DNA of 64,000 bases from Eukaryota sp. TZLM1-RC (lineage: Eukaryota; Protista; Metamonada: BaSk clade). The DNA is taken from the NCBI GenBank assembly GCA_040285825.1, contig JAUPSS010000001.1, forward strand, positions 248,001 to 312,000, read 5' to 3'. The notes beneath the pieces were generated by a model. The model ran no database searches and was not told where the DNA came from. It worked only from the letters and a program-made list of their open reading frames with translations. Below are positions 1 through 11,835 of this stretch, piece after piece (position 1 is the first letter of the stretch; every line of letters begins with the position of its first letter). Position numbers and translations under genes: made by a program.

Positions 1-1823
1 GAAACCAATGGATTGGCTCCCTTCGTGCGTCACAAGGAGACTTCCAGCATCTCCTTCTTTCTTCAGGACTGGCTAAACTCCAGGAATGGCAACTCACTTA
101 TACCCCCCAAACTGCCCCCTCTTTGAGGGAAGCAGAAAGGGTGGCTAAAATTAGTAAGAAAAAGATTTGGGAAGACTTTGTTCCGCCTCAAAACTTGGTT
201 AGAAAGGAAAGAAAATATGGAGGGTTGGTGGTTGAGGTTTCTTCAGGAGATTGTATTTCAATTAAAATTGATGGAGAAATTAAAAGAATTTATCTTGCTT
301 CCACCAGGGCTCCAAGAATGGGTACTAGAGAACGTAGACCTGATCCATTGGGATTTGAATCAAGAGAATTTCTAAGAAGGAAGCTTATTGGTCAGAATGT
401 TGAGGTTGAACCTTGCTATGTTGTTGATGATCGCCAATATGCTGATGTTTTGTACGATTCAGCCTGTATTTCTCTGTTATTGGTCAACGAAGGTCTTGCG
501 CACGTCATCAAGGGTGGGAAACAGCAAGACCAGCCTAAATCAAGGTTTATTGATGCCTTGATTGCTGCCGAGATTAAAGCAAAAGCTTCCAAAAAAGGAG
601 TTTTTCTTCCTTCTGACCAACAACCAAGGTTCCTTTACCAAGATCTCACCCTTGCTGCTCCTGGTAAAGCCAAGTCTGGTATTGCCGCACCAACAGACCC
701 CAAAACCGTCTTTCCCATGTTACAACGACTGGGAAAGGTGGAAGGTATTGTGGAAAGGGTTTTGAATGGAGGAAGATTCAAGGTCTTGGTACCCAAAGCG
801 TATGCTTTGTTGACTCTCACTATTGCTGGTGTATTGTCTCTCAATAAAGAACATTCAGAGGTAATTGAAAAAGGAGCTCAATTGGCTACAATGGAACTTC
901 TCAATAGAGATGTCACGATTGAAGTTGTTTCCGTAGACCAAAGAGGTGCTTTTATTGGCCATTTGTTTATTAAGGGATTCAACTGGGCTTTTAAGCTGAT
1001 ATCTGAAGGTTATGGAAGAGTATTTGAATCTAGGGATTTGGAATTCAAGTTTATCAAGGATCTTTTAGACAAGCAGGAAGAAGCTAAAAAGGAACAGAAA
1101 GGAGTTTGGTCACCTCGATATGCAAGAGAAGAGGTAGTTACTGTTCAGAAAGATCAAATTGGAGACGTTTTTGATCTATTTTTGGGCTATATTATTGACC
1201 CAGTCCACTTTTACGCATCAAAGACACAGCCTTCTGAGCAATTCATGCTAAAAGTAGTTTCTTCGGTAATTGAAACCGATCCACTTTCCTCTCCTCCTAG
1301 GAAGAATTCGATTGTTCTTGGTAAGAGTCAGGTGAATGAAGTTTGGTACAGAGCAAAGGTCGTTGGCCTTTCAGAATCAAAGGTAAAGGTACAATTTGTT
1401 GATACAGGTTTCTTTGAATCCTTGGCATTGGTTGACCTAAGGCCTTGCCCAGAGAGTTTGTTATTAAATCAAATTCCTCCAATGGCCCATGAATATAAGT
1501 TAGCCTTTATTGACCTGCCACCTTCTTCAGAGGAATATGTCTATGGCGAGGGTTTGGCGCTGTTTGAACGGTTTGCTGTTGAATCTCATGGGGTTGTTTC
1601 GGCCAAGGTTGCTGGTTTTACAAGGGAAGGAGTTCCAAAGGTTTGTGTTACCAATTCAAGTGGTCATTCCATCAATGTAGATCTTATGGTTGAAGGTTTG
1701 GTTTTGCTTGATAGACGCGACGATGGCTCGGCAGAATATCATGCAGTCAAGGAAGCTTATAATGAGGCTGTAGATGAGCATAGGGGAATATTTGAATATG
1801 GGGAGATTGATTTTGAGGATTAG
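1..1823 (+). CDS. SND1: Tudor-SN / staphylococcal nuclease domain-containing protein 1 (5'-partial; frame is open from the window start)
   Basis: Repeated SNase-domain motifs (VVEVSSGDCI...LASTRAPR...FESREFLRRKLIG; VERVLNGGRFK; A+...KGVW), a Tudor domain (WYRAKV...VQFVDTG) and the C-terminal GIFEYGE. The frame continues without a stop upstream of 123. Confidence 0.92.
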   Translation, partial: NQWIGSLRASQGDFQHLLLSSGLAKLQEWQLTYTPQTAPSLREAERVAKISKKKIWEDFVPPQNLVRKERKYGGLVVEVSSGDCISIKIDGEIKRIYLASTRAPRMGTRERRPDPLGFESREFLRRKLIGQNVEVEPCYVVDDRQYADVLYDSACISLLLVNEGLAHVIKGGKQQDQPKSRFIDALIAAEIKAKASKKGVFLPSDQQPRFLYQDLTLAAPGKAKSGIAAPTDPKTVFPMLQRLGKVEGIVERVLNGGRFKVLVPKAYALLTLTIAGVLSLNKEHSEVIEKGAQLATMELLNRDVTIEVVSVDQRGAFIGHLFIKGFNWAFKLISEGYGRVFESRDLEFKFIKDLLDKQEEAKKEQKGVWSPRYAREEVVTVQKDQIGDVFDLFLGYIIDPVHFYASKTQPSEQFMLKVVSSVIETDPLSSPPRKNSIVLGKSQVNEVWYRAKVVGLSESKVKVQFVDTGFFESLALVDLRPCPESLLLNQIPPMAHEYKLAFIDLPPSSEEYVYGEGLALFERFAVESHGVVSAKVAGFTREGVPKVCVTNSSGHSINVDLMVEGLVLLDRRDDGSAEYHAVKEAYNEAVDEHRGIFEYGEIDFED

Positions 1824-2551
1824 AACTAGATCTAAATGAAAAATAAATGATAGTTTCTCCAATGTTTATCTGAATTGTATTATTCAAAATTACCAAGCTG
1901 AAATAATAACGAGAAAAGTGTTGATTAATTCATTTGTGGTTTTCGTTTTGTGCGCATAATTAGAAAATCCTCTTTCACCACACCACTTCTTTCACCAACA
2001 CTATTCTTTTTACCAACACTTGAACGAACACTATAATGAAACATGAATCGATAATATTGTATTTTGGAACTATTAGTTATGTGGCGAGAATTAGTACTTT
2101 TAGTTACAATTTAAATCACCTATAATACTACAGTCACTAATATTATATATTATTATATATATTATTATATCAATATTATTCACTAGTATTTACATATATT
2201 ATTATCAACCACGCTCATTCAAGACAGTGAAGGTTCATAAATAGGTTATTAACCAGAAAATCATCTTTCTCAAGAGTCCGAACCTGAATTCAAGGAAATT
2301 GGTTTCACTCAGAGCAGCGTGGATGTCTTCAGACTTATCATCGAATCAGACTACATTAATATGAAATTGGTCAAAATCAATCTCTGCAAGGAAGCCATGT
2401 TGACTAACATTACAAATGTCTTCAATTCAGTTTCAATTGGAGTTCATTAAGTTCAAAAGTCTTCTGCTCATTAGACTTGAGAAGTTCATGTATATCAGGT
2501 GAGTTGATTCGTAGAGAGTGGTCAATAATATTGGTTCAATAATCATTCTTG

Positions 2552-3652
2552 ATGCCTCTTACTATTCTACCTTATATTTCTGGGGTGGCAGCTCTCCCTT
2601 GGATCATCATAGGCTTTATTGTTAACAGTATTTTATGCTATTGTCTGAACCCTTCTTCTGTGATAAAGGCCATGAAGGCCTTTGGTAAAGTGCTTCTCTT
2701 TGTGTTTATACCTTTACTCCAATTCAGAATCTTCCTCAGTATACCATTTGGGCTATCAGAAATATCCTTTTCAATCACAGCAGTAGCAGTTATGTTATTA
2801 CTCTACCTTGTATCTTATTACTCTTCAAAACTTAGATCGCGATCATTGAAGCTCTGTATCATGGAAAACCAAGAATTTCTGAAAACCTGTTTGACTAATC
2901 AAGGTAGATCATCTGCATTTATTGGAGGTTCTCTCTTGTCTATAGCTGCCTGGGAAATCCAAGCCTCGTTGTACATGGCCTTATATGGTGTGTTTTTGTT
3001 TGTCTTGATCCCAATTGCTCTATCCAGAATGTCAAAAAAGGATGTTTTGCCTAAAGAACTTCAAGATATGTCCTCTCCAGCAGACGTTGACCTCGAGTCT
3101 AATCACACCCCAGTCAAACCAACTTCACCCATTCCCTTATACTTACAAATCTTTCCTGTCTTTCTTCTAGTCACCATTGCCATTGCAATCATCCTCAACA
3201 GAATGTTTGACATCACAATGGAGAGCTTGGGTAAACCTGGGGAATATATCCATTTGGTCTCAGCATTCACAGTCCCTTTGGGCCTCTATTATGCAGGAAG
3301 TGGAGTCAAAGCTGAAGATTTGAAGTGGATGAACATTAGCCAAGTGTTTTCCACACAATCACAATCACTTGCTCTAAGGTCCACTTCTTTTACGTTGTTC
3401 ATCAACCTTGTCATTTCTCCTTTAATAATTGGATCTATTTTTGGTGTTTTAACATTATTCAAAATAATCGACACTAGTTGGTTTTCTGTTATATTTATAA
3501 ACACGATTTTGCCAACAACACCAACCAATATCTTCTTAGAAGAGTTTGGTATAAATAAAAAGGCTACTGCTTTAACTGTATCAACTTCTACGGCATTGGG
3601 AGTTCCATTGGTATTAATAATGATTCCTCTATTAAATGGAATTTTTAACTAA
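2552..3652 (+). CDS. Multi-pass membrane transporter, AEC/auxin-efflux-carrier (Mem_trans)-like
   Basis: About 10 hydrophobic segments in two halves around a hydrophilic loop, plus AEC-like C-terminal motifs (TVPLGLYYAG, ILPTTP..IF.E.FG). Confidence 0.6.
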   Translation: MPLTILPYISGVAALPWIIIGFIVNSILCYCLNPSSVIKAMKAFGKVLLFVFIPLLQFRIFLSIPFGLSEISFSITAVAVMLLLYLVSYYSSKLRSRSLKLCIMENQEFLKTCLTNQGRSSAFIGGSLLSIAAWEIQASLYMALYGVFLFVLIPIALSRMSKKDVLPKELQDMSSPADVDLESNHTPVKPTSPIPLYLQIFPVFLLVTIAIAIILNRMFDITMESLGKPGEYIHLVSAFTVPLGLYYAGSGVKAEDLKWMNISQVFSTQSQSLALRSTSFTLFINLVISPLIIGSIFGVLTLFKIIDTSWFSVIFINTILPTTPTNIFLEEFGINKKATALTVSTSTALGVPLVLIMIPLLNGIFN

Positions 3653-3926
3653 TAGTCATTATTCAATGTATTTCTATTTTTTATTATTTTGATTTTTTTA
3701 TCAAATGATTATAAAGCGAAAATCAATAAATGTGATGATAAACAAAAGCCTACAGTTTTTTTGATTTAAATTCACCAAAATTGTGATGGAATTGTTTACT
3801 AATAGAGATGAAAAATAAACAAAACAAAAAAACTTGATCAATGATTAATGAATCAATTATTAAAAATAAATAAACGAAAAAAAAAATAGAATAAAACACC
3901 TTGAAATTAACCTCAAGCAATAACCT

Positions 3927-4517
3927 CTAACTCTTTGCAATTTGATGAAAATAACTAGGTTTTATTGGAATTTTTGCAGGCAATGTGGGTTTTCTAATAA
4001 ACTTTAGATCTGGCAAATTCTGCTCAGTATTGACAGCATTTTCAACTGTGTCAATGTCATTGGTTAACTCAACAGCTTTAGTGGATTCCTCACAGTGAGA
4101 CGTGGACCAGGGTGGAATCCAAAATGAACTAGACTGCTCTTGTGGAGAAACAACAGGTTGTTCATCGGCTGATGTCTGAGGTAATGGAGAGGTCGACATT
4201 GAAACTGAATGAGTGTCCATAGATTGCTCAGTTGTAGTAGTTGTAGTAGTTGTAGTAGTTGTAGTTGATGAAGGAACTGGTGGTTTGTTAGATGCGCTCT
4301 GAGAACGGCGAATAGTCTGTCTTTTCTTTTTGTCATTGATGAATGTAGCTGTGTCTCTTGGAGTAGCTCGCTTGTGACTGCTCGACCAAAAGTTAGAACC
4401 TTTCTTCTTTACCTGAGAGAGTAGATGGTCCTGGTGCAAGCGCTGCTCTCTAACAAGTCGTAACTTTTCCTCCAATAATTCTGCTTCTGAATACAAAAGG
4501 GAAGTACGCTTATCCAT
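3927..4517 (-). CDS. Hypothetical protein (N-terminal coiled coil, poly-Thr tract)
   Basis: Long ORF; the likely start MDKRTSLL at 4517 is divergent from the gene at 4593. The (GTA/GTT)n microsatellite at ~4231-4267 encodes the Thr run. Confidence 0.6.
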   Translation of the reverse strand: MDKRTSLLYSEAELLEEKLRLVREQRLHQDHLLSQVKKKGSNFWSSSHKRATPRDTATFINDKKKRQTIRRSQSASNKPPVPSSTTTTTTTTTTTTEQSMDTHSVSMSTSPLPQTSADEQPVVSPQEQSSSFWIPPWSTSHCEESTKAVELTNDIDTVENAVNTEQNLPDLKFIRKPTLPAKIPIKPSYFHQIAKS

Positions 4518-4592
4518 AGAAATAGAAATAAGGAAATAGCCTATTCTACCTATCTCAGTATATTTGTCCAGATTTCCAAGGTTTCTCAACTA

Positions 4593-7500
4593 ATGACATC
4601 GAGGCTACTTTATACTTCTGATACAAAACCACCTCGGGGCACTGGTCCATCTTCATTTAAAACCACAACCAAGCTTGCCCAAACTGTCAAATTACCTGCT
4701 AAAAGAACAAAAGCCAAAACTACTTTTACCCCTACACCCCACCTCTCTCAATCAAAACCAAGGACACATTCCCAACCCCCGAAACCATTATCTGTTACCT
4801 CTCTTCCTAGTACTGGATTCATTGGTGACTGCAGGTCGCATTCCAGCACAGTACCGGGGGAGAGAGTTGCTCAGCATAGAAATCGTCAAAAGATTGTGTA
4901 TGATGAAGTGATTGAAGGGTTTAGGTTCGAATTTAAAGATATTCATCAGAAATTCAAGGACTTTTTGATTAGCAAGACCAGAGGATTTGATAGTTGGTTT
5001 GACTCAGTCATCAAAACAATTAATGGTCAATTGAAATCAAACGACTTTCATAATGGAAAAGCATCAATAAAAGAAATTGAACATTTCAGGTCAGAAATTA
5101 TGGGAAATTTCGAGGTTGCAAATCAAAAGATTGAAGAACTTCAATCTGTTTTGAATGAAGAAACCGTCGGGCTTTCCCAAAGAGTCAATTCTTTGATTGA
5201 GAATCTTACGGTTAAATTGATTGACATAGGTTATATTTCAATAGAAGGGGTCAAAAAGGACATTGCTGACATCATCAATCAATCAAGTACTTTGATTGAT
5301 GATTCAGTTTCAGTTTTCAACACCACCTTATCGAAACACGCTGCTAAAGTTCATTCTACTCATGATGATATTGCTTCGGAGTTGGAATCAATCAAAAATG
5401 ATTGGCTTAAGGGATCAATAGACGTCACTGTCCAAAGTTTCAAGAATGTCGTTGAAAGTCAAGACATTTCTGACCCCAGTGATCGTGTCAACATCATTCT
5501 AAATCAATCAAAAATTGATAGGAGTCATTGCTCAGAGAAACTGAGTTGTTTACAAAATTTGATTGATCTCGATATTGAACACTTCAGTATGCTTCATTTT
5601 GACAAGATCAGGTTGGAATTAAATAGAATTCTTGATTTTTTTGAATCTTCACATGTGGAAGCGATCAATTCAGTCACTCATCTTCAAGACTCGATAATAA
5701 ATGATTTGAATTCGAAGTTACTTTCTTGTCAGGAATTTCTTGTTGAAATTGGTGCTTGTTCACACGAGGAAGTTGTTAATTTAGTTAAAATTCCAGGCGA
5801 AAAGCTCATTCAACGTGTATCTGAAAACTTTGGGCAGTTTTCTATTGATTTAACCGAAGTTTATAGAAAATTAGATTCAGTTTCTAAAAATCAAATTAAG
5901 TTTTATTTAGATTTTTTCCACTCATTGTTTACCAAGGTTTTGGGATCAAACGACAAGCTTCTAATTTTCCAAAAAACACTCGAAAACGTGACCTTCATGA
6001 CCTATTTCGACAATTACAGCACTTTATTTGAATTAGAAACAGAATTCGATCACGTCATCCAATCAATCAATACGTGTCACTCTGACCTTGATTTGGATTC
6101 CTTTTTCCTGGATGCAAAGGATCTTCTACAACAAATGGGTACCATCAATCAAGATTTTGTTGAAATTCTTTTAAAAGAACGAGAAGAATTTAGTCAGAAT
6201 TTGGCAGAATTTCTTGAAGAAGATTTTAGCACCTTTTTAACGCATTTGAACTTTAAAATACATGAAGAGGTCGACCCAAAGGCCAAAAAGTCAAGGGAAT
6301 CGTCCAGAGGAAAGCATAAAGCACGTGAGGAAGAAGCTAATCAACCGAATGATTTGATAGAAGTCGAAGGTATCCAATTGATTGACATTGATGAGTCGTC
6401 ACCTGTTTACAAGCAATCAGATGACGTGTCTGATGACGTGTCTTTTCAAAGTTCCGGTCAATTATCAAAGGTTCATAACATTGTTATTCCTGATTCTTTA
6501 TTAAATTCACAATTACTTTCAGTTCGAAAATCAATAATTTCTTGGTTGGTCAAGAGAAAATCCAAGACTTTAAGTGACTGGGAAGCTCAAAATTCCAAGT
6601 ACTCTGAACTTTTGCCTGTGCAATTAGAACGTTTTTTCAAAAATTTAAAACCCAGATTCTATAATTTAGAATTAAAACATTTTGAGAAGAGAAAGGAAGA
6701 ATTAAAGAAAATTAAGTCTAAAGTTCAAAGACATTGTGGCTCCTTACGGTCAAAAATCCCTTCTGCAATGTCATTACTTGGCCAGGAAGAGGTCAAAATT
6801 AGGTCAAAAGTCAAGGATTTTCTCTCTGAAATTGATTGTCAATCTTCTGGTATTCTTGAAGTTAAACATTTGAGCTCTCTTAACTGTATCAGATCAAAGT
6901 TTTCAACAAAACTGGAACAACTCATTGTAGATATTAGTCAAGCCAAGTCTTCTCTTGTTGACACTTGTGGATCTTTTACTGAAAATTTACAGCAAATGAA
7001 CCAAACATTTATTGAAAATTTTTATTCTACTATAGGTGTAGAAATTTCTGATCTCCATTTGTCAATCATTTCTGATGAGACCAACCTAGAAGTTCAAAAC
7101 TTAAAGGAAACTATCCAATCAAGTGGTGATCAGATGGCACTCAAGTTTGACAACTTTTCCGACCAAGTTAAATCTAAATTTGAGGAATTCACAAAAAATT
7201 GTTTGGAAATTCATGAAAAGGAACTCACCTTTTTACATAATTGGAATTCTAAGTTAACTTTAGCTAATTCAAGGATTCTTACTTATAACAATGATTTGAA
7301 TGAATTATTTACTGGGCTAGATTCACGTTTTCAAGAATTATGCCGTGTTTCAAGTTCAAATAAGGAAAGCCACGAATATTTAAAAATTCTGAAGCTTTGG
7401 GAAGTGATCTCTATCAGGCATTATAAACTTGTCACAATGCTGTCACTTTGGAAAACAGAGCAATTTAATTACAGTCAATCAAAAATGATTGATTGTGAAG

Positions 7501-8573
7501 TTTCCCTTGAAATTGATCCGGTCTATGAAGTTTTCAGTGAGGACCCGCCTAAAATATTGGTTTTCAAGAATTTTGTAGAGGACATCACTGCAGATACAAT
7601 CAAATCACTTACCGAGTTGTGGTCTAATCACTTTAATGCAAAAAAGCCACTTCGGAGCTGTATTCCATCAGATTCTCAATCAGTGCAAAAGTATTTGATT
7701 GATTGGAAAAATGACCATGTTGATTCAACAACTTCCCTCAACACTGAGCTTCAGTCCTCAGTCGTCCTTTTTACTCATAATTTGACATCAATTTTGAATA
7801 CATTGGCCAAATCTTTATTTCCTAGGGCTGTTCAACAACTTGACTCGTCAGCAGCGTCAAATTTTGAAGAAAAGCTCAAAGAATCAACATCATTTTTTAA
7901 AATAACTATGAAAGACCAATTTAATTATATCTGCAATTCAGTCAGACCTCATCACTCAACCAATCAAAATGATTTAAATCAACTTCAAGAATCAGAAAGT
8001 CAACGAAAGTCAAAAGTTGATGCTGAGGTGGCAGAAATTAAAGAATTTTTGAATTCTTTTACCCAAAATTTCCTTGAAAATCGTTGCATATCTCTCCAAA
8101 ATCTTTTAAACTACTGCTTTTCTCTTTTGGATAATACAATATTTCAATCCGATCTTATTCAAGTGGAAATTAATCCTCAAAAGTTGGTGGCTAAACCAAA
8201 AACTGTGAAACAGTTGCTATTGGAAAAGAAGCAATCAAATTCTGATTGGAACAAGTTTTTTGAACCTCTGAAAGGCTCAAAGGAGAAGAAGGTTCGTGAT
8301 TTTGATATTGTTACCTGGAATATGGATGACTTTTCACTAGATTTTGATGGTTTTGAACGATTTTCCTGGACATTTGAACCAATAGTTGCTTTCAATTCGA
8401 CCACTCATTCCCACTTTTTTATGTCTTTCTATTCTCATTTGTTTTCCATTAAAGATTCTTTAGAAAATCACTTTAGGCAGTTCGTTGCGGTTTTTCAAGA
8501 AGCTTTTGATCAAGAAGCAGATTTTGAAAAAGAATTTGATTTAATTGTCAATACATTATCGGCACTTAATTAA
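4593..8573 (+). CDS. Large coiled-coil protein resembling CCDC180/CFAP76 (DUF4455/DUF4456-like), possibly flagellar
   Basis: 1326-aa helical ORF with a central lysine-rich linker (DPKAKKSRESSRGK). The C-terminal RPHHSTNQNDLNQLQESESQR resembles the DUF4456 'RP..GHP....L..L...E..R' motif. Confidence 0.55.
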   Translation: MTSRLLYTSDTKPPRGTGPSSFKTTTKLAQTVKLPAKRTKAKTTFTPTPHLSQSKPRTHSQPPKPLSVTSLPSTGFIGDCRSHSSTVPGERVAQHRNRQKIVYDEVIEGFRFEFKDIHQKFKDFLISKTRGFDSWFDSVIKTINGQLKSNDFHNGKASIKEIEHFRSEIMGNFEVANQKIEELQSVLNEETVGLSQRVNSLIENLTVKLIDIGYISIEGVKKDIADIINQSSTLIDDSVSVFNTTLSKHAAKVHSTHDDIASELESIKNDWLKGSIDVTVQSFKNVVESQDISDPSDRVNIILNQSKIDRSHCSEKLSCLQNLIDLDIEHFSMLHFDKIRLELNRILDFFESSHVEAINSVTHLQDSIINDLNSKLLSCQEFLVEIGACSHEEVVNLVKIPGEKLIQRVSENFGQFSIDLTEVYRKLDSVSKNQIKFYLDFFHSLFTKVLGSNDKLLIFQKTLENVTFMTYFDNYSTLFELETEFDHVIQSINTCHSDLDLDSFFLDAKDLLQQMGTINQDFVEILLKEREEFSQNLAEFLEEDFSTFLTHLNFKIHEEVDPKAKKSRESSRGKHKAREEEANQPNDLIEVEGIQLIDIDESSPVYKQSDDVSDDVSFQSSGQLSKVHNIVIPDSLLNSQLLSVRKSIISWLVKRKSKTLSDWEAQNSKYSELLPVQLERFFKNLKPRFYNLELKHFEKRKEELKKIKSKVQRHCGSLRSKIPSAMSLLGQEEVKIRSKVKDFLSEIDCQSSGILEVKHLSSLNCIRSKFSTKLEQLIVDISQAKSSLVDTCGSFTENLQQMNQTFIENFYSTIGVEISDLHLSIISDETNLEVQNLKETIQSSGDQMALKFDNFSDQVKSKFEEFTKNCLEIHEKELTFLHNWNSKLTLANSRILTYNNDLNELFTGLDSRFQELCRVSSSNKESHEYLKILKLWEVISIRHYKLVTMLSLWKTEQFNYSQSKMIDCEVSLEIDPVYEVFSEDPPKILVFKNFVEDITADTIKSLTELWSNHFNAKKPLRSCIPSDSQSVQKYLIDWKNDHVDSTTSLNTELQSSVVLFTHNLTSILNTLAKSLFPRAVQQLDSSAASNFEEKLKESTSFFKITMKDQFNYICNSVRPHHSTNQNDLNQLQESESQRKSKVDAEVAEIKEFLNSFTQNFLENRCISLQNLLNYCFSLLDNTIFQSDLIQVEINPQKLVAKPKTVKQLLLEKKQSNSDWNKFFEPLKGSKEKKVRDFDIVTWNMDDFSLDFDGFERFSWTFEPIVAFNSTTHSHFFMSFYSHLFSIKDSLENHFRQFVAVFQEAFDQEADFEKEFDLIVNTLSALN

Positions 8574-10163
8574 TTGTTGATTGTTTTAATAAAATGTATT
8601 ATATTCAGATAGTCGTTATTATTTTCTACCACTATTTGCCATCACCTGGTTGTTTGAGCATTCAGTGTTTTTTCAATGCAAGAAATCATGTTCACCTCTA
8701 CCACTGGTTTTTGTACAAACTGACCAAGAACCAACATTTAATTCATTCTGTTTGAATAAAAGTCAATAAATGAATAAGCATGCCTATTTTTGCATAGCAT
8801 CCACACAACTACCCCTTCTCTTAACGGCTCTGGTTCAATGTAATTAGGATGGTTACAATAAATTGTGTTTTGACGTTAGATGGTGACGGGAGTCTTGGTA
8901 CTGTAAGGTTTAGGTCAAAATAAAGGTTCAAAAAGCAACTATTTTCAGGGAAATTGTTTTCAGGAAATCCTTCAGTTATGTTCAAACCTGAAACTTTCAA
9001 CAACTTTTCAACTTTAGAATTCCAGCCAGTTTTTAAAACATTGTTCTCCATTACTGAAGCCTCAATCAATTCCGTTAATCCCACAATTTTAGCTCGAATT
9101 ATGCAGTGGAGATCCATTGGCTGACGTTGTCTGTCAAACACTCATCATCATCAACATTTTCCAAAGCAAAGATTTCCTTTTGATCAACTAACTGTATCGA
9201 TTCTTCTTCTGATGACTTGTGAACATCAAGATGGTTATCATTGTCTTCAACATCACTTAACTCGTGCCATAAATCATCATCATAAGTATGTTTTTTCACC
9301 ATCAAAATTGACTTTACACCATATATGACTTTATTTTTTTCAGTTAATTTTATTCACAAATGTGTGTCAGAACTGTGGTTTCAGATTGCATTGTTAATGT
9401 TAAGCAATGCATTATTCTCTTTATCGGATTCAATCAAATGAAAGTACAAACAAATGAAAACCTGATTTTGTTCTGGACAAAATTAGTCTCACAAGAAGAT
9501 TTTGAAAGGGAGTCAGGTTAATTAGCAGTGTACTGTGGACTTAAGATTAAAGTTAAGGTAAAGTTTATTATTTGAATTTTATTTATTTTGAAAATACTGT
9601 TTGATATTTTCTCCTGTCCACCTCGTATTTAATTCTTAATTTAATTACATAGTGGTAGTTTTCCTTATGGCCCCCTATGTTTGATGTAGCATCAGTGAAA
9701 GGTTTATAAGACGGTCGTTATACAGACAACAACCTCATTAAACACTAACATATTAAACAGTTTATGGAGCCATTTTATGGATAGCAGCACCAAATTGATG
9801 TAATTAGAGGGAACCACTCTTAGAGACCACAAAGAAACTAGCTTCAAATCGTCTGTGGACGATCTCACCAAGGATGTATTTCAAATTAAAACCACAGTTG
9901 TAGAGAACAGGACAGTTTTACAGGCGATACCCTTGTCAAAATGACAATTGAGGGCTAGGTACATCGAATCAATGATAGAAAGTTTGAAGGACTTTGAGAT
10001 TGCAGGTGATAGAATAACTGACAAAACTTTCAGCAGGTCTTCTTCAGTGAGTACGGAGCTGCTGACGGAGTGAAGAAAAGTTGTAAGTGAAAAAGTTTTT
10101 CAGAAGTTGAAACAAGTGAAGAAGAAGAGTGGGAGACTTTGGTAACAGTAACAGTTGAAGGGA

Positions 10164-10572
10164 AAATCGAGCTGATGTTGATGACCACTAAAAGAGATAC
10201 AGTGGGTAGGCATTTGATACCATTGTGGAAATTTGCAATCAATTTGAAATTGCTATCAGCATGTCAGACATCGTGTCAGACAGCGAGATTATCTTGACTC
10301 TTCCCATTCTTCTAACATCATGCAGCGAAACGAGAAAAAGGATAACGAGGTTACGGACCCGGTTCCCACCTCCTCCTTCCGTCGGTTTAGAGTATTGCAC
10401 TTTTTTCAGTCATCATGTGAGTCATAATATGGGTGCTGTTGAATCAGACATGGTGCTAATCACCTTGGATATGGGATGTTCTTCTTTGTGTTTTGTTTTG
10501 AATTGTTATTTTGATGTTATTGAGTTTGTTGTTGTTTGTGGTTTAGCTTTTTGTACTGTAGATATGGGAGGT
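10164..10572 (+). repeat. Dispersed repeat fragment (unclassified, likely transposon-derived)
   Basis: 10164-10455 matches the reverse complement of ~51030-51458. 10450-10570 (GATATGGGATGTT...TTTTGTTTTGAATTG) matches the reverse complement of the repeats at ~50050-50320. Confidence 0.75.
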
Positions 10573-11815
10573 TGATGGATGATTTATCATCTACACAGAC
10601 TCTGAAAATGTCCAATACATTAACCCAAATTACGAAATTCAAACCACCTCAGCAATTTGACTTTTGGTCTAATATACTCCATTTGAACCAACCAATGCTC
10701 AAACAGAAAAGCTATAAATTCAACAACATTATCCACACAGATGGACTTAATATTGCAGTAGAATTTGTTCGTCGGGATTTACAAGGTTAGAAATGTAAGC
10801 CAGACAACAAGGCTGGTATTTCTGATTTATATATTGATGATGTTGATGTTGATACTTTTCAAGACAAACGAATTGTTGTTTGTGATCCTGGAAAACGTGA
10901 TTTATTGTATTTAGGCAGCAGAAAGACTGATGAAGAACTAGCCATGGTGCCTGAACATGAAACTGAACAGCAAAGAAATAGTCGGGTGATGAATCAAGAC
11001 AAGAAGTACAAATGGTTGAGAATGACTCAGATGTCCTGGTCTTTGAAAAGTAGGATGAATGAAAAGCAAAAACGATGGGCGACAAAGTATACTGAGGTAG
11101 GTTACGACAGGAACCAAATGATAGAGTCTAACGAAATGACAATTGAAGATGCAAACACCGAATTATCAGCATTTGCTGCAAATTCAGCAACTTTTATAGA
11201 CTTTTCCAACTTTGTGGTTGCCAAACTTCGGCAAGTTTTTTGACAATCGACTTTTACAGTCTTGACTTGTGGAGCATTCATAAAATGCAAGTTTTCATTC
11301 ACAAGCAAAAGACTGAAAGTTGGTTGTTAAAAAGCCTTGTTCAGAAGTTTGGCAATCCAAAAGACATTTTAATACTAATGGGTGATTAAGGAAAAAAAGG
11401 TTCCAAGAATTTAAAACATCATAGGCCTACTCGAGGCATTGGATGGATTCAATTTCTGAAGAGGAATGGATTTGAAGTGTTGATGATTAATGAAGCTTTC
11501 ACTTCAGCAAAATGTCCTGTTTGTTTTGAAAAGGTTGCTACGTTTTTGAGAGTAACAAATCGCAGATTCTATAGAAGAGAAAAGACTCCTGTTACTACGT
11601 GTCATGGTTTATTAGCTTGTAACAGTGAGAGTTGCAAACTCAGTAACAAAGGCTCAACAAAGCTTTTCAATAGAAATAAGCTGGCTTGTCTGAATATGTT
11701 TGCGATTGCTCAAGCGAGGACGAGTGGTGATGAAAGGCCTCAGTATCTGTCCAGTAGATAGTTTTTGTAATTATTCCACACGAAAATTGATCGTGTATTT
11801 ATGGGAATTTCCCAC
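10573..11815 (+). mobile_element. Fanzor1 (eukaryotic TnpB-like) element, copy A: 5'-truncated pseudogene plus conserved 3' non-coding end
   Basis: Across frames: IHTDGLNIAVEF, RuvC-I IVVCDPGKRDL (10884), FIHKQK, MGD*GK...HHRPTRGIG, RuvC-II INEAFTSAKCPVC, zinc finger CHGLLACNSESC, RuvC-III FNRNKLACLNM, and C-terminal ERPQYLS. It has premature stops (~10788, ~11387) and a frameshift at ~11240. It is colinear with the reverse complement of 42027-43281. Confidence 0.9.
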
Positions 11816-11835
11816 CTCAATCTCTTTATATATCT
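11730..11835 (+). ncRNA. Putative Fanzor omegaRNA (scaffold to 11815, then flank-derived guide), copy A
   Basis: The non-coding tail is conserved with copy B and contains hairpins ACACGA..TCGTGT and TGGGAA-T-TTCCCA. Identity stops sharply after CCCAC at 11815. The RNA itself and its 5' boundary are inferred. Confidence 0.55.

Noticed and set aside
2200-2545. Possible LRR-gene remnant upstream of the transporter
   Set aside because: It is riddled with stops and the similarity is too weak to support a call.
8600-9310. Minus-strand ORF fragments as a possible transposase remnant
   Set aside because: They are fragmented and I could not identify a diagnostic motif. The same applies to 24500-25550, 49000-49990 and 54700-55500.
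11816-11835. Second target sites for the predicted Fanzor guides within the window
   Set aside because: By eye I found no convincing match for either guide other than its own locus; a genome-wide search is needed.
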